Assembly: GCA_963850905.1 (NCBI GenBank)
Contig: CAWKMU010000003.1
Span: forward strand, 3,589,248 to 3,653,247
Direction: 5' to 3'
Source: an uncultured Gemmatimonadales bacterium
GTDB taxonomy: Bacteria > Gemmatimonadota > Gemmatimonadetes > Gemmatimonadales > Gemmatimonadaceae
Length of the DNA stretch: 64,000 nucleotides
This document shows, piece by piece, positions 1-10,971 of the stretch. The notes under the pieces are model-generated. The model saw nothing but the letters and a program-made list of their open reading frames with translations. It was not told the origin of the DNA and searched no databases. Positions within the stretch are counted from its first letter, which is position 1. Every line of letters begins with the position of its first letter. The translations under genes were made by a program, and so were the position numbers.

Positions 1-207
1 GTGGGCACGGGCCGGCGACGCCAGGGCACATCGCAAGACGTGGGGCGGCACGCAGATCCGAAGGTGCCGCTCGAGAGTCGCGCCCTCGACGCCGCGGAAG
101 CCGTGCGCGATGCCGCTGATGACATCCCGCCCGCAAGAATCCGTCGTGACGAGTCGCCGCGACCGATCGACCAACGACCGGCAGCCGAAGACCTCGGAGC
201 GCCCTGA
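1..207 (+). CDS. Probable 3' end of an unidentified gene entering from outside the window
   Basis: Open frame from position 1 to TGA at 207, followed by a hairpin (~217-244). No recognisable motif. Confidence 0.35.
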   Translation: MGTGRRRQGTSQDVGRHADPKVPLESRALDAAEAVRDAADDIPPARIRRDESPRPIDQRPAAEDLGAP

Positions 208-264
208 CGTCCACGCGCCCCGGATGGCTTCGCGCCGTTCGGGTTGTCGGGCTACATTTGAACG

Positions 265-3070
265 ATGGCGGCAGTGACCGCGCGCGACGGCGACCTATCA
301 GCCCAATATGACGCGGCCGCCACCGAGCGTGAAGTCACGGCTCGGTGGGAGGTGGCGCACGCCTTCACCGCTGACCCCGCGCAGACCACGCGTCTCGGCG
401 GCGAGCGCCCGGCCTTCGTGATTTGCATGCCGCCGCCCAACGTGACGGCGATCCTGCACGTGGGACACGGGCTCGACATCACCGTGCAGGACGTCCTGAT
501 CAGGTGGCGCCGGATGGCTGGCGACGAAGCGCTCTGGCAGCCCGGCACCGATCACGCGGGCATCGCAACACAGAACGCCGTCGAGAAGATCCTCGCGCGC
601 GAGGGCACGACGCGGCGCGCCCTGGGCCGTGACGCATTCGTCGAGCGCATCGCGTGCTTCGTCGAGCAGACCGGCGGGACCATCCTGCAGCAGCTGCGCG
701 GCATTGGCGCCTCGGCCGACTGGTCACGCACGGCGTACACCCTGTCGCCCGCGCTGTCCCGCGCGGTCCGCGAAGCGTTCGTGCGCCTCTACGAGGAAGG
801 CCTGATCTATCGCGGACACCGCGTGATCCACTGGTGCCCGCGCTGCCTCACGTCGCTCAGCGATGAGGAAGCCGAGCATGAGGATGAGCAGGGCCGGCTG
901 TACCACATTCGGTATCCCGTGGCCGGCGACCCGCAGCGTGCGATCATCATCGCCACCACACGACCGGAAACAATGCTCGGCGACGTGGCCGTCGCGGTCC
1001 ACCCGACCGACGAGCGATACCGCGACCTCGTGGGCCGCCGCGTCGTGTTGCCGATCGTCGGCGTGGAGATCCCAGTCATCGCCGATGCGGGGGTCGATCC
1101 GGCATTTGGGACCGGCGCCGTGAAGGTGACGCCGGCGCACGACCCCAACGATTTCGAGATCGGCCAGCGCCATGACCTGCCGTCGCCCGTCATCATGAAC
1201 CCGGCCGCGGAAATGGAGGCCGGCGATGCCGCCGCGGGGCGCGTACCGCCCGATCTCGCGGGTTTGAGTCGCTTTGACGCCCGTTCACGGATCGTCGAAT
1301 CCCTGCGGACGATGGGCTTGCTCGAGCGCGTGCAGGACCATGTGCACGCGGTGCGACACTGCTACCGATGCGCAACCGTCGTAGAGCCGCGCCTGTCGGA
1401 TCAGTGGTTCGTTCGGATGGCACCGCTCGCGGCGCCCGCACTGGCCGCCGTCCGATCAGGCGAGATCCGCATCATGCCCGAGCGATGGGTCGCGGTCTAC
1501 GAGCAATTGGATGGAGAACATCCGCGACTGGAACATCTCGCGGCAGCTGTGGTGGGGCCACCGCATCCCGGTGTGGTATTGCGACGCATGCGGGTGGGAA
1601 GGCACCTCGCGCGATGATCTCGCCGCATGCCCGCGGTGCCATGGCGCGCTGAGGCAGGACGAGGACGTGCTCGACACGTGGTTCTCGTCGTGGCTGTGGC
1701 CACTCTCGACACTCGGCTGGCCCGACGACACGGCGGAGATGCACGCGTTCTACCCGGGCGATGTCCTCGTCAGCGGCCCCGACATCCTCTTCTTCTGGGT
1801 CGCTCGCATGATCATGGCCGGGCTGCATTTTGACGGCCGTCCGCCCTTCCACACAGTGCTGTTGCACGGCATCGTGCGCGATCTCAACCGACGGAAGATG
1901 TCGAAGTCGTTGGGCAACGGGATCGATCCACTGGATGTCGTGGCGCGATATGGTGCGGATGCGCTTCGCTACACAGTGATCGCCGGAATGGGCCTCGGCA
2001 CCGACCTCCTGCTCGATCCGGACAGCCTCGAGCGATCGTTCGCGCCCGGTCGAAACTTTGTGACCAAGCTGTGGAACATGGGCCGCTTCCTCCTCACCAA
2101 CCTGGGGGCGGCGCTCGACGAGGCCGACGATCTCGCACAGCTCGAGGCAGGGCCGCTCACGCGGGCTGACCACTGGATTCTCGCACGCCTCGACGCGGCG
2201 ATCGCGGCGAGTGACGCTGCCCTGGGCCCCCCACGACCCGGGCCGGATGGGCACTGGGCGGAGGCCCAGCGCGAGACCGGGATGCGGTTGAGTGAGTACG
2301 TCGAAAGTGCACGCGCGTTCGTCTGGGGCGATTTCGCGGACTGGTACATCGAGCATTGCAAGGGGCGGCTGGCAAGCGACTGGGATCGGCATGACGCGCT
2401 GACGGCACGCGCGGTGCTCGTGTACGTCTTCGACATGGCGCTGCGGCTCCTGCACCCGGTCGTGCCGTACGTGACCGAGGCGCTCTGGCAACGGCTCCCG
2501 GTCCCTTCGAGGCCCGATGCCGTCGTGCTGGCTCGGGCCCCGTGGCCCACTCGCGCCGCGGAAAGCGAGAACGCGTGGCCGATCCGCGACGACGCAGCCC
2601 GAGAATACGAGTGGGTGCGCGAGGCCGTGTCGGCGCTGCGCCAGATTCGGACCGACTACCGGATCGGCGAGCGCGTCATCGTGGACGCGGTCATCGAGCC
2701 GGCGTCGACGGCCGAAAGTGTCTTCACCGACGAAGCGGCGGCGATCGGGCGCCTGACGTGGAGCCGCGTCCGCGTAGCCCGCGGCCTCGCACACGACGAT
2801 GCGGCGGCGACCGCCGTGCTGTCCGACGGTTCAACCGTCATCGTCCCGCTCGCGGGCGTGATCGACCTGGCGCAGGAGTGCAAGCGCCTCCAGGCGGAGC
2901 TTCAACCGCTGGAGAGTCAGCTCGCGAAGCTGCGCGAGCGGCTCGCCAACCCGGGATTCACCGCCCGGGCACCGTCACAGGTCGTGGAGGCCGAGCGCAC
3001 CAGGGAACAGGAATGGTCGGCGCGCGCCGATCAGTTGCGCGCGCGGGTGCGCGCCGTGTGCCGCGGGTGA
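265..3070 (+). CDS. valS: Valyl-tRNA synthetase (one apparent sequencing frameshift at ~1505)
   Basis: PPPNVT..LHVGH (HIGH), PGTDHAGIATQ and TTRPET lie in ORF 265..1617. IRDWNISRQLWWGH, DVLDTWFSS, KMSKS and the C-terminal coiled coil lie in ORF 1511..3070. Removing one A from GAGCAATTGGATG gives E-H-W-M-E-N in one frame. Confidence 0.97.
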
Positions 3071-4515
3071 GCAGGCCGGAACCCGGGCCGCTCTGCGTCG
3101 AGTGTCCGCCTCCAGCACCGCGCCCGAAGCTCGGGTCGCGGAGCATCGGGCGTTGGGTCGCGTTAGTGAGTGGTGCGCTGGCCGCCGCCTGTGCCGGCAA
3201 CGTGCCGCCGCCCGGCGGCGCGCCGCGCCACAACCCGCCGCTCGTCCTGTTCTTCATCCCGGAGACCAACGCCGTCAACGTCCGGGTGCACGAAGCGTCG
3301 ATCCAGTTCGACGAGGTCATCAATCAGCGCCCGCAAGGCGCCACCGATCTCGCGGGACTCTTTCTCATCTCGCCATGGGACGGAGACCCGAACGTGGGTT
3401 GGCACCGAAGCCGCATCACGATTCGCCCGCGCCACGGATTTCGACGCAATACGGTCTACACCATCACGATGTTGCCGGGCATCGTAGACCTGCACAACAA
3501 CGTGCGACGGAATGGCGCGACGCTGACGTTCTCGACCGGGCCGTCAATTCCCGCCACGATCGTGCATGGACGCGTATTCGACTGGCTGACAGGCCAGGTC
3601 GCTCCGCGAGCCTTTGTGCAAGCGTTCAAGCCGACGGACACGACACTCGTCTTCGTGGCCGAAGCCGACTCCAATGGGCTGTTTATCCTGCCGCACCTCG
3701 CCCCGGCCGAATACGTCGTCCGCGGCTTCGTCGACGCAAACCATAATCGCAAGCTCGACCGAACCGAGATCTGGGATACGGTCCACATCAACCTCGTGGA
3801 CAGTGGGCGTGTAGAACTCCTGGCCTTCTCGCACGACACGATCGGGCCACACATCAGCGAAGTCACGGTGCGCGACAGCGTCACCCTGCGGGTGACATTG
3901 GATCGCGGTCTCGACACGACGACCCGCATCTCGCCCGCATTGTTCACGCTGAAGGACAAGGATTCCGCGCTGGTCGCCATCTCCGGCGCGCGCTCGGCGG
4001 CCGCGTACGACTCAGCCGCTGACTCGGCCACGCGGGCACGCACGGATTCCATCTTCCGCAGTGACTCCGCGCGCCGTGCCGCTGCGGGCCTCGGGATCAC
4101 GGACACGGCGCTCGCCCGCCGCCGCGAAGCGCGACTGGCCGCGCGGCGCGACTCGGTGGCGCGCCTCCGCCGGCCGCGGCCCAGCAAGCCGAGCCCAGTC
4201 CACGAGATCGTCGTGCAGCTGGCGACACCCCTCAAACCAGGGTACTACCGGCTGAGCGCAGCCAATTTGAGGGGTCTCCTCGGGAAGGAACGCTCCAGCG
4301 ACCGCGTGTTCAACGTCCCCAAGCCGCCGGAAGCCGATTCCGCCGCTCGCGCCCGCGCCCACGCCGACAGCGCGCATCGGCTGCGCCGTGCCCCGCTCGG
4401 CCCGGGAGCGCCGCCCGCTGGAGGTTCGCAGTCCCCTACGCCCAGCCCCCCTCCCCAGGCCCCACCGTCACCTGGTAATCCGCCGGCCGTCACCCAGCCA
4501 CCCGGAGAGCGTTAG
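3067..4515 (+). CDS. Ig-like (Big_5/SbsA-type) domain lipoprotein with Pro-rich tail
   Basis: GTG overlapping the valS stop. Lipobox-like ALAAAC followed by xxxxPPPGG, then IQFDEVI, NTVYTITMLPGIVDLHNN and GFVDANHNRKLD, typical of this lipoprotein family. Confidence 0.7.
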   Translation: MSRPEPGPLCVECPPPAPRPKLGSRSIGRWVALVSGALAAACAGNVPPPGGAPRHNPPLVLFFIPETNAVNVRVHEASIQFDEVINQRPQGATDLAGLFLISPWDGDPNVGWHRSRITIRPRHGFRRNTVYTITMLPGIVDLHNNVRRNGATLTFSTGPSIPATIVHGRVFDWLTGQVAPRAFVQAFKPTDTTLVFVAEADSNGLFILPHLAPAEYVVRGFVDANHNRKLDRTEIWDTVHINLVDSGRVELLAFSHDTIGPHISEVTVRDSVTLRVTLDRGLDTTTRISPALFTLKDKDSALVAISGARSAAAYDSAADSATRARTDSIFRSDSARRAAAGLGITDTALARRREARLAARRDSVARLRRPRPSKPSPVHEIVVQLATPLKPGYYRLSAANLRGLLGKERSSDRVFNVPKPPEADSAARARAHADSAHRLRRAPLGPGAPPAGGSQSPTPSPPPQAPPSPGNPPAVTQPPGER

Positions 4516-5870
4516 TGGACGCCCGACGCACGCTGCCATCCGTGCACGCCCTGGTGGATGATGAGCTCGTGCGACCGCTACTCGAGCGCGCGCCGCGCCC
4601 GTTGGTGACGGACGCCGTCCGAGCCGTCATAGAGCGCGCGCGACAGGACCCCGCGAGCGCCCCGCGCGATCGGGCGGCCTGGGCGGCCGCCATCGGGGCT
4701 GCGCTGGCCGAGCGGGAGCGGCCGTCGTTGCGCCCGGCGTATAACGCGACCGGCGTCGTGCTGCACACCAATCTCGGTCGCGCGCCCCTTGCCGATGTGG
4801 CGCTCGCGGCGATCCAGCAGACGGCGGCAGGCTACTGCAACCTGGAATACGACCTCGCCGAAGGGAGCCGCGGATCCCGGTATGATCACTGCGTGGCGCT
4901 CTTGCGCGAGCTCACGGGTGCCGAAGATGCGATTGTGGTGAACAATTGCGCGGCCGCGCTCGTGCTCGCGCTGAATACGATGGCGGAGGGACGGGAGGCG
5001 CTGGTCTCCCGCGGTGAATTGATCGAGATCGGAGGCAGCTTCCGCGTACCGGATATCATGGCGAAAAGCGGTGCCCGCCTCGTCGAAGTCGGCACGACCA
5101 ATCGGACCTATGCAGCGGATTACGCGGCGGCGCTGACAGATCAGAGCGGCGCTATCGTCAAGGTACATCGAAGCAACTTCGCGGTTGCGGGATTTGTCGC
5201 TGCCGCGACCCTCGAGGAGCTCGTCGCGCTCGCGCACCTGAGGTCGGTTCCGGTAATCCACGATTTTGGAAGTGGACTGATGCTCGACCTGGGTCCCTTC
5301 GGACTGACGGGCGAGCCCACCGCGGGTGATGCGGTCCGCGCCGGCGTAGACATCCTGGCGATGAGTGGAGACAAGCTGCTTGGTGGTCCGCAGGCCGGCA
5401 TCATGCTGGGACGCGCGGGCGCGGTCGCCCGTCTGCGCAAAAACCCACTGCTGCGAGCGCTCCGCGTCGACAAGCTGACCATCGCGGCATTGGAAGCGAC
5501 GCTCGCCCTGTACCGTGATCCCGAGCGGGCCGTGCACCTCATTCCCGCACTCGCCATGCTCACGGCACCCGAAGCAGCAGTGCGGGCGCGAGCAACTGAC
5601 TTCGCAGCCGCACTCCACAGGGCGGGCATTGAGGCAGACATTGTGGACTCGGTCGCGAGCGTCGGCGGTGGAGCGTTTCCGACCGCGCGCATTCCGTCGG
5701 CCGCCGTGCGACTCGCCGGTGACGCGGTGACCACCGAAGAACGCCTCCGGACGGTGACGCCCCCCGTGATAGCTCGGGTAGCGGATGATCACGTGCTGCT
5801 AGACCTGCGAAGCGTCCCCGTGCGCGATGACGCCAATTTCCGGAGAACCGTGGTCACGGCCTTATCGTGA
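4515..5870 (+). CDS. selA: L-seryl-tRNA(Sec) selenium transferase
   Basis: NATGVVLHTNLGRAPL, VSRGELIEIGGSFRVPDIM, EVGTTNRT and SGDKLLGGPQAG (PLP lysine). Confidence 0.96.
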   Translation: MDARRTLPSVHALVDDELVRPLLERAPRPLVTDAVRAVIERARQDPASAPRDRAAWAAAIGAALAERERPSLRPAYNATGVVLHTNLGRAPLADVALAAIQQTAAGYCNLEYDLAEGSRGSRYDHCVALLRELTGAEDAIVVNNCAAALVLALNTMAEGREALVSRGELIEIGGSFRVPDIMAKSGARLVEVGTTNRTYAADYAAALTDQSGAIVKVHRSNFAVAGFVAAATLEELVALAHLRSVPVIHDFGSGLMLDLGPFGLTGEPTAGDAVRAGVDILAMSGDKLLGGPQAGIMLGRAGAVARLRKNPLLRALRVDKLTIAALEATLALYRDPERAVHLIPALAMLTAPEAAVRARATDFAAALHRAGIEADIVDSVASVGGGAFPTARIPSAAVRLAGDAVTTEERLRTVTPPVIARVADDHVLLDLRSVPVRDDANFRRTVVTALS

Positions 5871-6442
5871 CCCCCCAGACGACTCGCGGGCGCCCCGCCG
5901 TGTTCTTCGATCGCGACGGCACGATCATCGATGACAACGGGTACATCGGCGACCCGGACGGGGTGACGCTGGTCCCCGGAGCGGCTGACGCAATCGCGCG
6001 TGTACGGGCGGCCGGGTTCGCGGTCGTCGTGATTACGAATCAGTCCGGGATCGCCCGCGGCATGATCACACCGGCTGCATATGCCGCGGTCGCGGCCCGC
6101 GTCGACGCGACCATTCGTGCAGCCGGCGCGGCAATCGACGCGACATACATGTGCCCGCACCACCCGGACGTGAGTGGCCCGTGTGACTGCCGAAAACCGG
6201 CGCCAGGGCTGTATCTGCGCGCGGCCCGCGAGCTCGACCTCGACCTCACAGGATCGGCCCTCGTCGGAGACCGGTGGCGGGACGTGGCGCCGGCGGCTCA
6301 ATTGCACGCACGCGGCATTCTCGTGCCCAGCCCGGTCACACCGGCCGCTGACACCGAAGAGGCGCAGCGCAACGCCCTCGTTGCGCCGACATTGTCCGCA
6401 GCCGTTGACCTGATCCTCGACGACACTAAACTCACGCCGTGA
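5867..6442 (+). CDS. gmhB: HAD-IIIA hydrolase, D-glycero-D-manno-heptose 1,7-bisphosphate phosphatase-like
   Basis: FFDRDGTI, TNQSGIARG, CPHHP..CDCRKPAPG and VGDRWRD. Confidence 0.85.
   Translation: MTPQTTRGRPAVFFDRDGTIIDDNGYIGDPDGVTLVPGAADAIARVRAAGFAVVVITNQSGIARGMITPAAYAAVAARVDATIRAAGAAIDATYMCPHHPDVSGPCDCRKPAPGLYLRAARELDLDLTGSALVGDRWRDVAPAAQLHARGILVPSPVTPAADTEEAQRNALVAPTLSAAVDLILDDTKLTP
6405..6432 (+). promoter_or_regulatory. Sigma70-like promoter for a probably leaderless purN transcript
   Basis: TTGACC (6405-6410), 16-nt spacer, TAAACT (6427-6432), then 6 nt to the purN GTG. Confidence 0.5.
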
Positions 6443-7119
6443 CTGCACGCATCGCCGTGTTCGCGTCCGGAGCCGGTTCCAATCTCGAGGCGCTCCTGCA
6501 ATACCTCGGAGCGCGTCCAGCCGCCCGATCCGCCTCCGCGGCCGTCGCGCTCGTCGTGTCCAACCGGGCGAGCGCGGGCGCCCTCGGCGTCGCGGCTCGC
6601 TACAGCCTGCCGACGTCCGTACTCACGGATCCCGACGACGATCTAGCGATCCTGAGCCTGCTCGCCCGATCCGACGTCGACATCATCGCCCTGGCGGGAT
6701 ATCTCAAGGCGATTCCGTCCGCCGTCACCGATGGCTTTCGCGGCCGAGCCCTCAATGTACACCCAGCCCTTCTTCCGGCGTTCGGTGGTCCGGGGATGTA
6801 TGGACGCCGCGTGCATCGTGCGGTGATCGAGGCTGGGGTGCGCGTGACGGGCGTGACCGCGCACTTCGTCGACGCGGTCTACGATCGCGGCCCGATCATC
6901 ACGCAGTGGCCGGTGCAGGTCCGAAGCGACGATTCGCCGGAGACGCTCGCGGCTCGCGTCCTGCGCGTCGAGCATGCACTGTATCCCCGTGTGGTTGAAG
7001 CGGTGGCCGAGGGTCGGGTACGCCTCGATGCCGATGGTCGCGTGAGCACTCATGAGTTCGACGCGGCGGACACCGCCCACTTCACGTTACAGCCCGAGGG
7101 GGTCACGACATGCGCGTGA
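6439..7119 (+). CDS. purN: Phosphoribosylglycinamide formyltransferase
   Basis: ASGAGSNLEA, LAGYLK, LNVHPALLPAFGG, TGVTAHFVDAVYDRGPII and VEHALYP. Confidence 0.95.
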   Translation: MTARIAVFASGAGSNLEALLQYLGARPAARSASAAVALVVSNRASAGALGVAARYSLPTSVLTDPDDDLAILSLLARSDVDIIALAGYLKAIPSAVTDGFRGRALNVHPALLPAFGGPGMYGRRVHRAVIEAGVRVTGVTAHFVDAVYDRGPIITQWPVQVRSDDSPETLAARVLRVEHALYPRVVEAVAEGRVRLDADGRVSTHEFDAADTAHFTLQPEGVTTCA

Positions 7120-9308
7120 GAGCTCGCGGATTCGGAGGACGCGTCGTTGGCCTGGTTGTCGCCGGCTGTTGCGGGCTGCCGGTCGTGGCCAGCGCGCAGA
7201 GCGATGCACGCGTCGATGGGCGCAATGCGGGCGATGTGGACGCCGTCGCCCAGTGGATTGCGCTCCCGGCTGCGACTGGGCACGAGGGGCGAGCGATGGA
7301 CATCATCACTGCGTCCCTGCCCGGCTGGACACTCGATCCCAGCGGCAACCTGATCGCGCGGAAAGGGTCTGGCACCCCCCGACGCGTGGTCGCGTGTGGT
7401 CTCGACGAAGCGGCATACGTGGTGAGCGAGATCACGGACGATGGGTACATCCGACTGCACATGGACGGTCGGGCGCGCCGGTCCGCACTCTGGGACCAAA
7501 GTCACGAAGGCCAGCGCGTACGGATCCTGACGGCGGCTGGCGATCGGCCCGCGGTCGTGGCGGTCCGCAGCACACACCTGTGGCGTGCGCGCGCGAGCAC
7601 CGAGCCCCTCGCAAACGTCGACTCGCTCTGGGTCGATGTGGGTGCCCGCTCGCGGGCCGAGGTCGCTCGGTTGGGAATCGCGGTCCTCGACCCCGTCATT
7701 CGCGAGTGGCCACCGTGGCGCTTCGCCGACATCGTCTCGGGCCCGGCCGCCGGAGATCGCGCGAGTTGCGCAGCGGTCGCGGCGAGTGCCCGACGCACCC
7801 CGACGACCGGCGAAACAATCTGGATCATCAGCGCGCGACACGCTTTCGGATACGAAGGGTTGGCCGGCGCCCTTGCCAGGCTCGGCCCTGTGGACACACT
7901 GGTCGTTGTCGATCCGTCGCTGGGCCGGGACACGACAGGGCCAAGTGCCGCCGTCAGCCGGCGTCCGTTGGCGGCATCGAGTGACATTCCCTGGGTCGGC
8001 GCCCGCGTGCGCGCCGCAGTGGTAGTGAGTATCCCGACGCGATTCCCCGGCACGCTCGCCGAGTCTGTTCGGGGCGAGGATGTCGCGTCCCTCATCGATG
8101 AGACGGCGCGTGCGGCGGGCACGCTGAGCATCGCCACCGCGGATCCGCCCCGCGAAACCTCGCCATTCGCGTTGCGGGGGGTACCCGGGCCGCCCCCTGC
8201 GGCGCCAGTCACGGACTCACTCACACCGGTCGCTCGACTACTCGGACAGTTGAGCGACGTGTACGGTGTCTCAGGAAATGAGGCGCTGGTTCGCGCGGCC
8301 GTGAGGGAGGCGCTTCCGGATCGCTGGAAGGCCCAGCCAACGACGGTCGATACGGCTGGTGATTTGCTCGTCGAAGCGGGTCCCAACCGGGACACGGTGG
8401 TCATCGTGGCTCACCTCGACGAGATCGGCTTCCGCGTGGTGCGAATCAGTCACGCCGGTTGGGCCACGCTCGCGCCACTCGGCGGATTCTACGCGTCGCT
8501 GTGGGAAGGACAGCCCGCGCTCCTGCATCTGGATCCAGGCCAAACCGTCCCTGCGACCTGTCCACTCGCCCCGACACCCGGAAGTCGGGCCGCCGGCGTA
8601 CCAGCGGTCGCCGGCGCAGTACCGGCACTCTTTGTGCCGCGTGAACACCCGACGAGCAAGCAGCCCGACTCGATGGTCGTGTGGGCCGGTGTCGATTCAG
8701 CGACGCTCGTCGCGTGCGGCGTTGTACCCGGCGCGCGCGTGTCGGGATTCAAGGTCGCATCGCGCCTCGGCATGATGCGGTTCACGGCGCGATCGATTGA
8801 CGACCGCGCGGGATGCACAGCGTTGCTGCTGGCGCTTCGCACGCTGGATCCTCGCGCCTTCACACACAAGGTCATCTTCGTGTGGTCGGTGCGTGAGGAA
8901 GTCGGCCTGGATGGCGCCGCGGTCGTCGCACGGGCGCTGGGCCCCTCCGTTCGCCGCGTACATGCCATCGATACGTTTGTGTCCTCTGACTCCCCGCTCG
9001 AGAGTCATCGGTTCGCGTACGCACCTCTCGGAGACGGGGCCGCATTTCGGGCGCTCGACAACTCCAGCGTGACGCCGCCGGCTGAAGTCGCCCGGGTGGT
9101 CAGCGCCGCGGCCGCGCACGGCGTCCCCCTGCAGGTCGGCACGACCAATGGCGGCAATGACGGATCGACGTTTGTGCCGTGGGGGTCGGTCGACGTGCCG
9201 ATCGGTTGGCCGATGCGCTACAGTCATTCGCCGGCCGAGCTGGTCGACCTGCGCGATATCGCGGCCCTGGCGCGCATGGTTGCTGTGGTCGCAACGACGG
9301 CCCCCTAG
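7110..9308 (+). CDS. Secreted M42-family aminopeptidase with two tandem M42 domains (N-terminal copy degenerate)
   Basis: Signal peptide ending ASAQ. C-terminal half has AHLDEIG, IDDRAG, REEVG, AIDT and RYSHSPAE. N-terminal half has the same layout without the ligands. Confidence 0.8.
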   Translation: MRVRARGFGGRVVGLVVAGCCGLPVVASAQSDARVDGRNAGDVDAVAQWIALPAATGHEGRAMDIITASLPGWTLDPSGNLIARKGSGTPRRVVACGLDEAAYVVSEITDDGYIRLHMDGRARRSALWDQSHEGQRVRILTAAGDRPAVVAVRSTHLWRARASTEPLANVDSLWVDVGARSRAEVARLGIAVLDPVIREWPPWRFADIVSGPAAGDRASCAAVAASARRTPTTGETIWIISARHAFGYEGLAGALARLGPVDTLVVVDPSLGRDTTGPSAAVSRRPLAASSDIPWVGARVRAAVVVSIPTRFPGTLAESVRGEDVASLIDETARAAGTLSIATADPPRETSPFALRGVPGPPPAAPVTDSLTPVARLLGQLSDVYGVSGNEALVRAAVREALPDRWKAQPTTVDTAGDLLVEAGPNRDTVVIVAHLDEIGFRVVRISHAGWATLAPLGGFYASLWEGQPALLHLDPGQTVPATCPLAPTPGSRAAGVPAVAGAVPALFVPREHPTSKQPDSMVVWAGVDSATLVACGVVPGARVSGFKVASRLGMMRFTARSIDDRAGCTALLLALRTLDPRAFTHKVIFVWSVREEVGLDGAAVVARALGPSVRRVHAIDTFVSSDSPLESHRFAYAPLGDGAAFRALDNSSVTPPAEVARVVSAAAAHGVPLQVGTTNGGNDGSTFVPWGSVDVPIGWPMRYSHSPAELVDLRDIAALARMVAVVATTAP

Positions 9309-9320
9309 CACCGCTCTCTC

Positions 9321-10859
9321 ATGCCTCTTGCACTGCTTTCCGTCTCGGACAAAAGCGGCCTCGTCGACTTCGCGCAGGCACTCGCGCGCCTGCAGTGGGA
9401 GCTGGTGTCGACCGGGGGTACCGCCGCGACCCTCAGGAGCGCGGGACTCGTCGTTCGCGACGTCAGCGACTTGACCGGGTTCGCCGAAATGCTGGACGGT
9501 CGCGTCAAGACCCTGCATCCGGCGATCCACGGGGGCATTCTCGCGAGACGGGACCGCCCGGCGCATCAGCGGCAGATCGAAGCGGCAGGAATTCGACCGA
9601 TCTCGTTGGTAGTCGTCAACCTATACCCGTTCCGCGAGACCGCGGCACGCGCGGGGGCGACGCCGGAGGAGATCATCGAGCAAATCGATATCGGGGGCCC
9701 GGCCCTTCTCCGATCTGCCGCCAAGAATTTCGCCAGCGTCACGGCGATCGTGGATCCGTCCGACTACCCACGAGTCCTCGCTGGCCTGGAGAGCGGCGAC
9801 GACGATCCGGACCTGCGTCGGTTGCTCGCGGGCAAGGTCTTCGCCCACACCGCCGCCTACGATGCGGCGATTGCGAATTGGTTCAGCGCCGCCCGTGGTG
9901 ATCCGTTCCCGGAGCGCCTGACACTGTCATACGAACGCGGTCAATCGCTCCGCTACGGCGAGAATCCGGATCAGCGAGCGGCCTTCTACGTCGAGCAACC
10001 CGGCGCCGGCCTCGCCGGTCTTCACCAATACGGCGGAAAGGAGCTGTCGTTCAACAACCTCCTCGATCTCGAGGGCGCGCTGATATCGGCCGATCCATTT
10101 CGCGCGGTCGGAGAGGTCTGCTGCGCCATCATCAAGCATACGACCCCCTGCGGCCTCGCGATCGGGGCAACGCCCCTCGAGGCGTATCGGAAAGCGCTCG
10201 CCTGTGATCCCGTCTCCGCATTTGGCTCGGTGATCGCCTTCACGGTTCCGGTGGACCAGCCGGCCGCCGAAGCGGTATCGAGCCTGTTTGTGGAGTGCGT
10301 GGTGGCGCCGGCCTTCACCGAAACCGCGCTCGAGATTCTTGGTCGGAAGAAGAATCTGCGCGTGCTCGCGGGGCGCGCCGAGTGGTCGCCCGACGCACTG
10401 GACTACAAGCGCGTGCGGGGCGGTCTCCTCGTGCAGGACCGGCCGCCGCTCGAGAGCGGCCGCCGCACCTGGCGGATCGTGAGTCGGCGGGCCCCGACGC
10501 CGACCGAATGGGCCGATCTCGAGTTCGTGTGGCGTGCAGTCGCGAGCGTGAAATCGAACGCGATCGTGATCGCAAAGGACGGCGCGACGATCGGCATCGG
10601 AGCTGGCCAGATGTCGCGGGTGGATGCCGCGTTCCTCGCGGTGCACAAAGCCTCGCAGGCCGGCCTCGACACCAACGGCGCAGTCATGGGCTCCGACGCA
10701 TACTTCCCGTTCCGGGACGGCGTGGATCATGCCGCCGCGTCCGGTGTAACCGCTATCGTCCAACCGGGTGGATCGGTCAAGGACCCCGAGGTGATCGCCG
10801 CCGCCGACGAACACGGCATCGCAATGGTGGTCACCGGACGCCGGACATTTCGCCATTGA
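9321..10859 (+). CDS. purH: Bifunctional AICAR formyltransferase/IMP cyclohydrolase
   Basis: [55 protein letters not shown] and RTFRH. Confidence 0.97.
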   Translation: MPLALLSVSDKSGLVDFAQALARLQWELVSTGGTAATLRSAGLVVRDVSDLTGFAEMLDGRVKTLHPAIHGGILARRDRPAHQRQIEAAGIRPISLVVVNLYPFRETAARAGATPEEIIEQIDIGGPALLRSAAKNFASVTAIVDPSDYPRVLAGLESGDDDPDLRRLLAGKVFAHTAAYDAAIANWFSAARGDPFPERLTLSYERGQSLRYGENPDQRAAFYVEQPGAGLAGLHQYGGKELSFNNLLDLEGALISADPFRAVGEVCCAIIKHTTPCGLAIGATPLEAYRKALACDPVSAFGSVIAFTVPVDQPAAEAVSSLFVECVVAPAFTETALEILGRKKNLRVLAGRAEWSPDALDYKRVRGGLLVQDRPPLESGRRTWRIVSRRAPTPTEWADLEFVWRAVASVKSNAIVIAKDGATIGIGAGQMSRVDAAFLAVHKASQAGLDTNGAVMGSDAYFPFRDGVDHAAASGVTAIVQPGGSVKDPEVIAAADEHGIAMVVTGRRTFRH

Positions 10860-10971
10860 GCCCGCGGCGCGTGCTGCCGTCGTCCCCTTTCTCCTTTCTG
10901 TTGTTCTCCTTTCTACGAGGCGCGCCAGCGCGAGTTGCCCTCGCCCCGCCGTCCAGGCACCTTTCTCCCCC

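Noticed and set aside
1495..1520. Programmed frameshift or split valS
   Set aside because: No slippery sequence. A single-base removal restores conserved EHWMENIRDW, and similar indels occur across the window.
2542..3066. N-terminal extensions of long ORFs (also 15709-15981, 31281-31613, 32720-33016, 43811-44014)
   Set aside because: They overlap neighbouring genes or promoters and read as Arg/Pro-rich off-frame sequence. Downstream starts fit the family N-termini.
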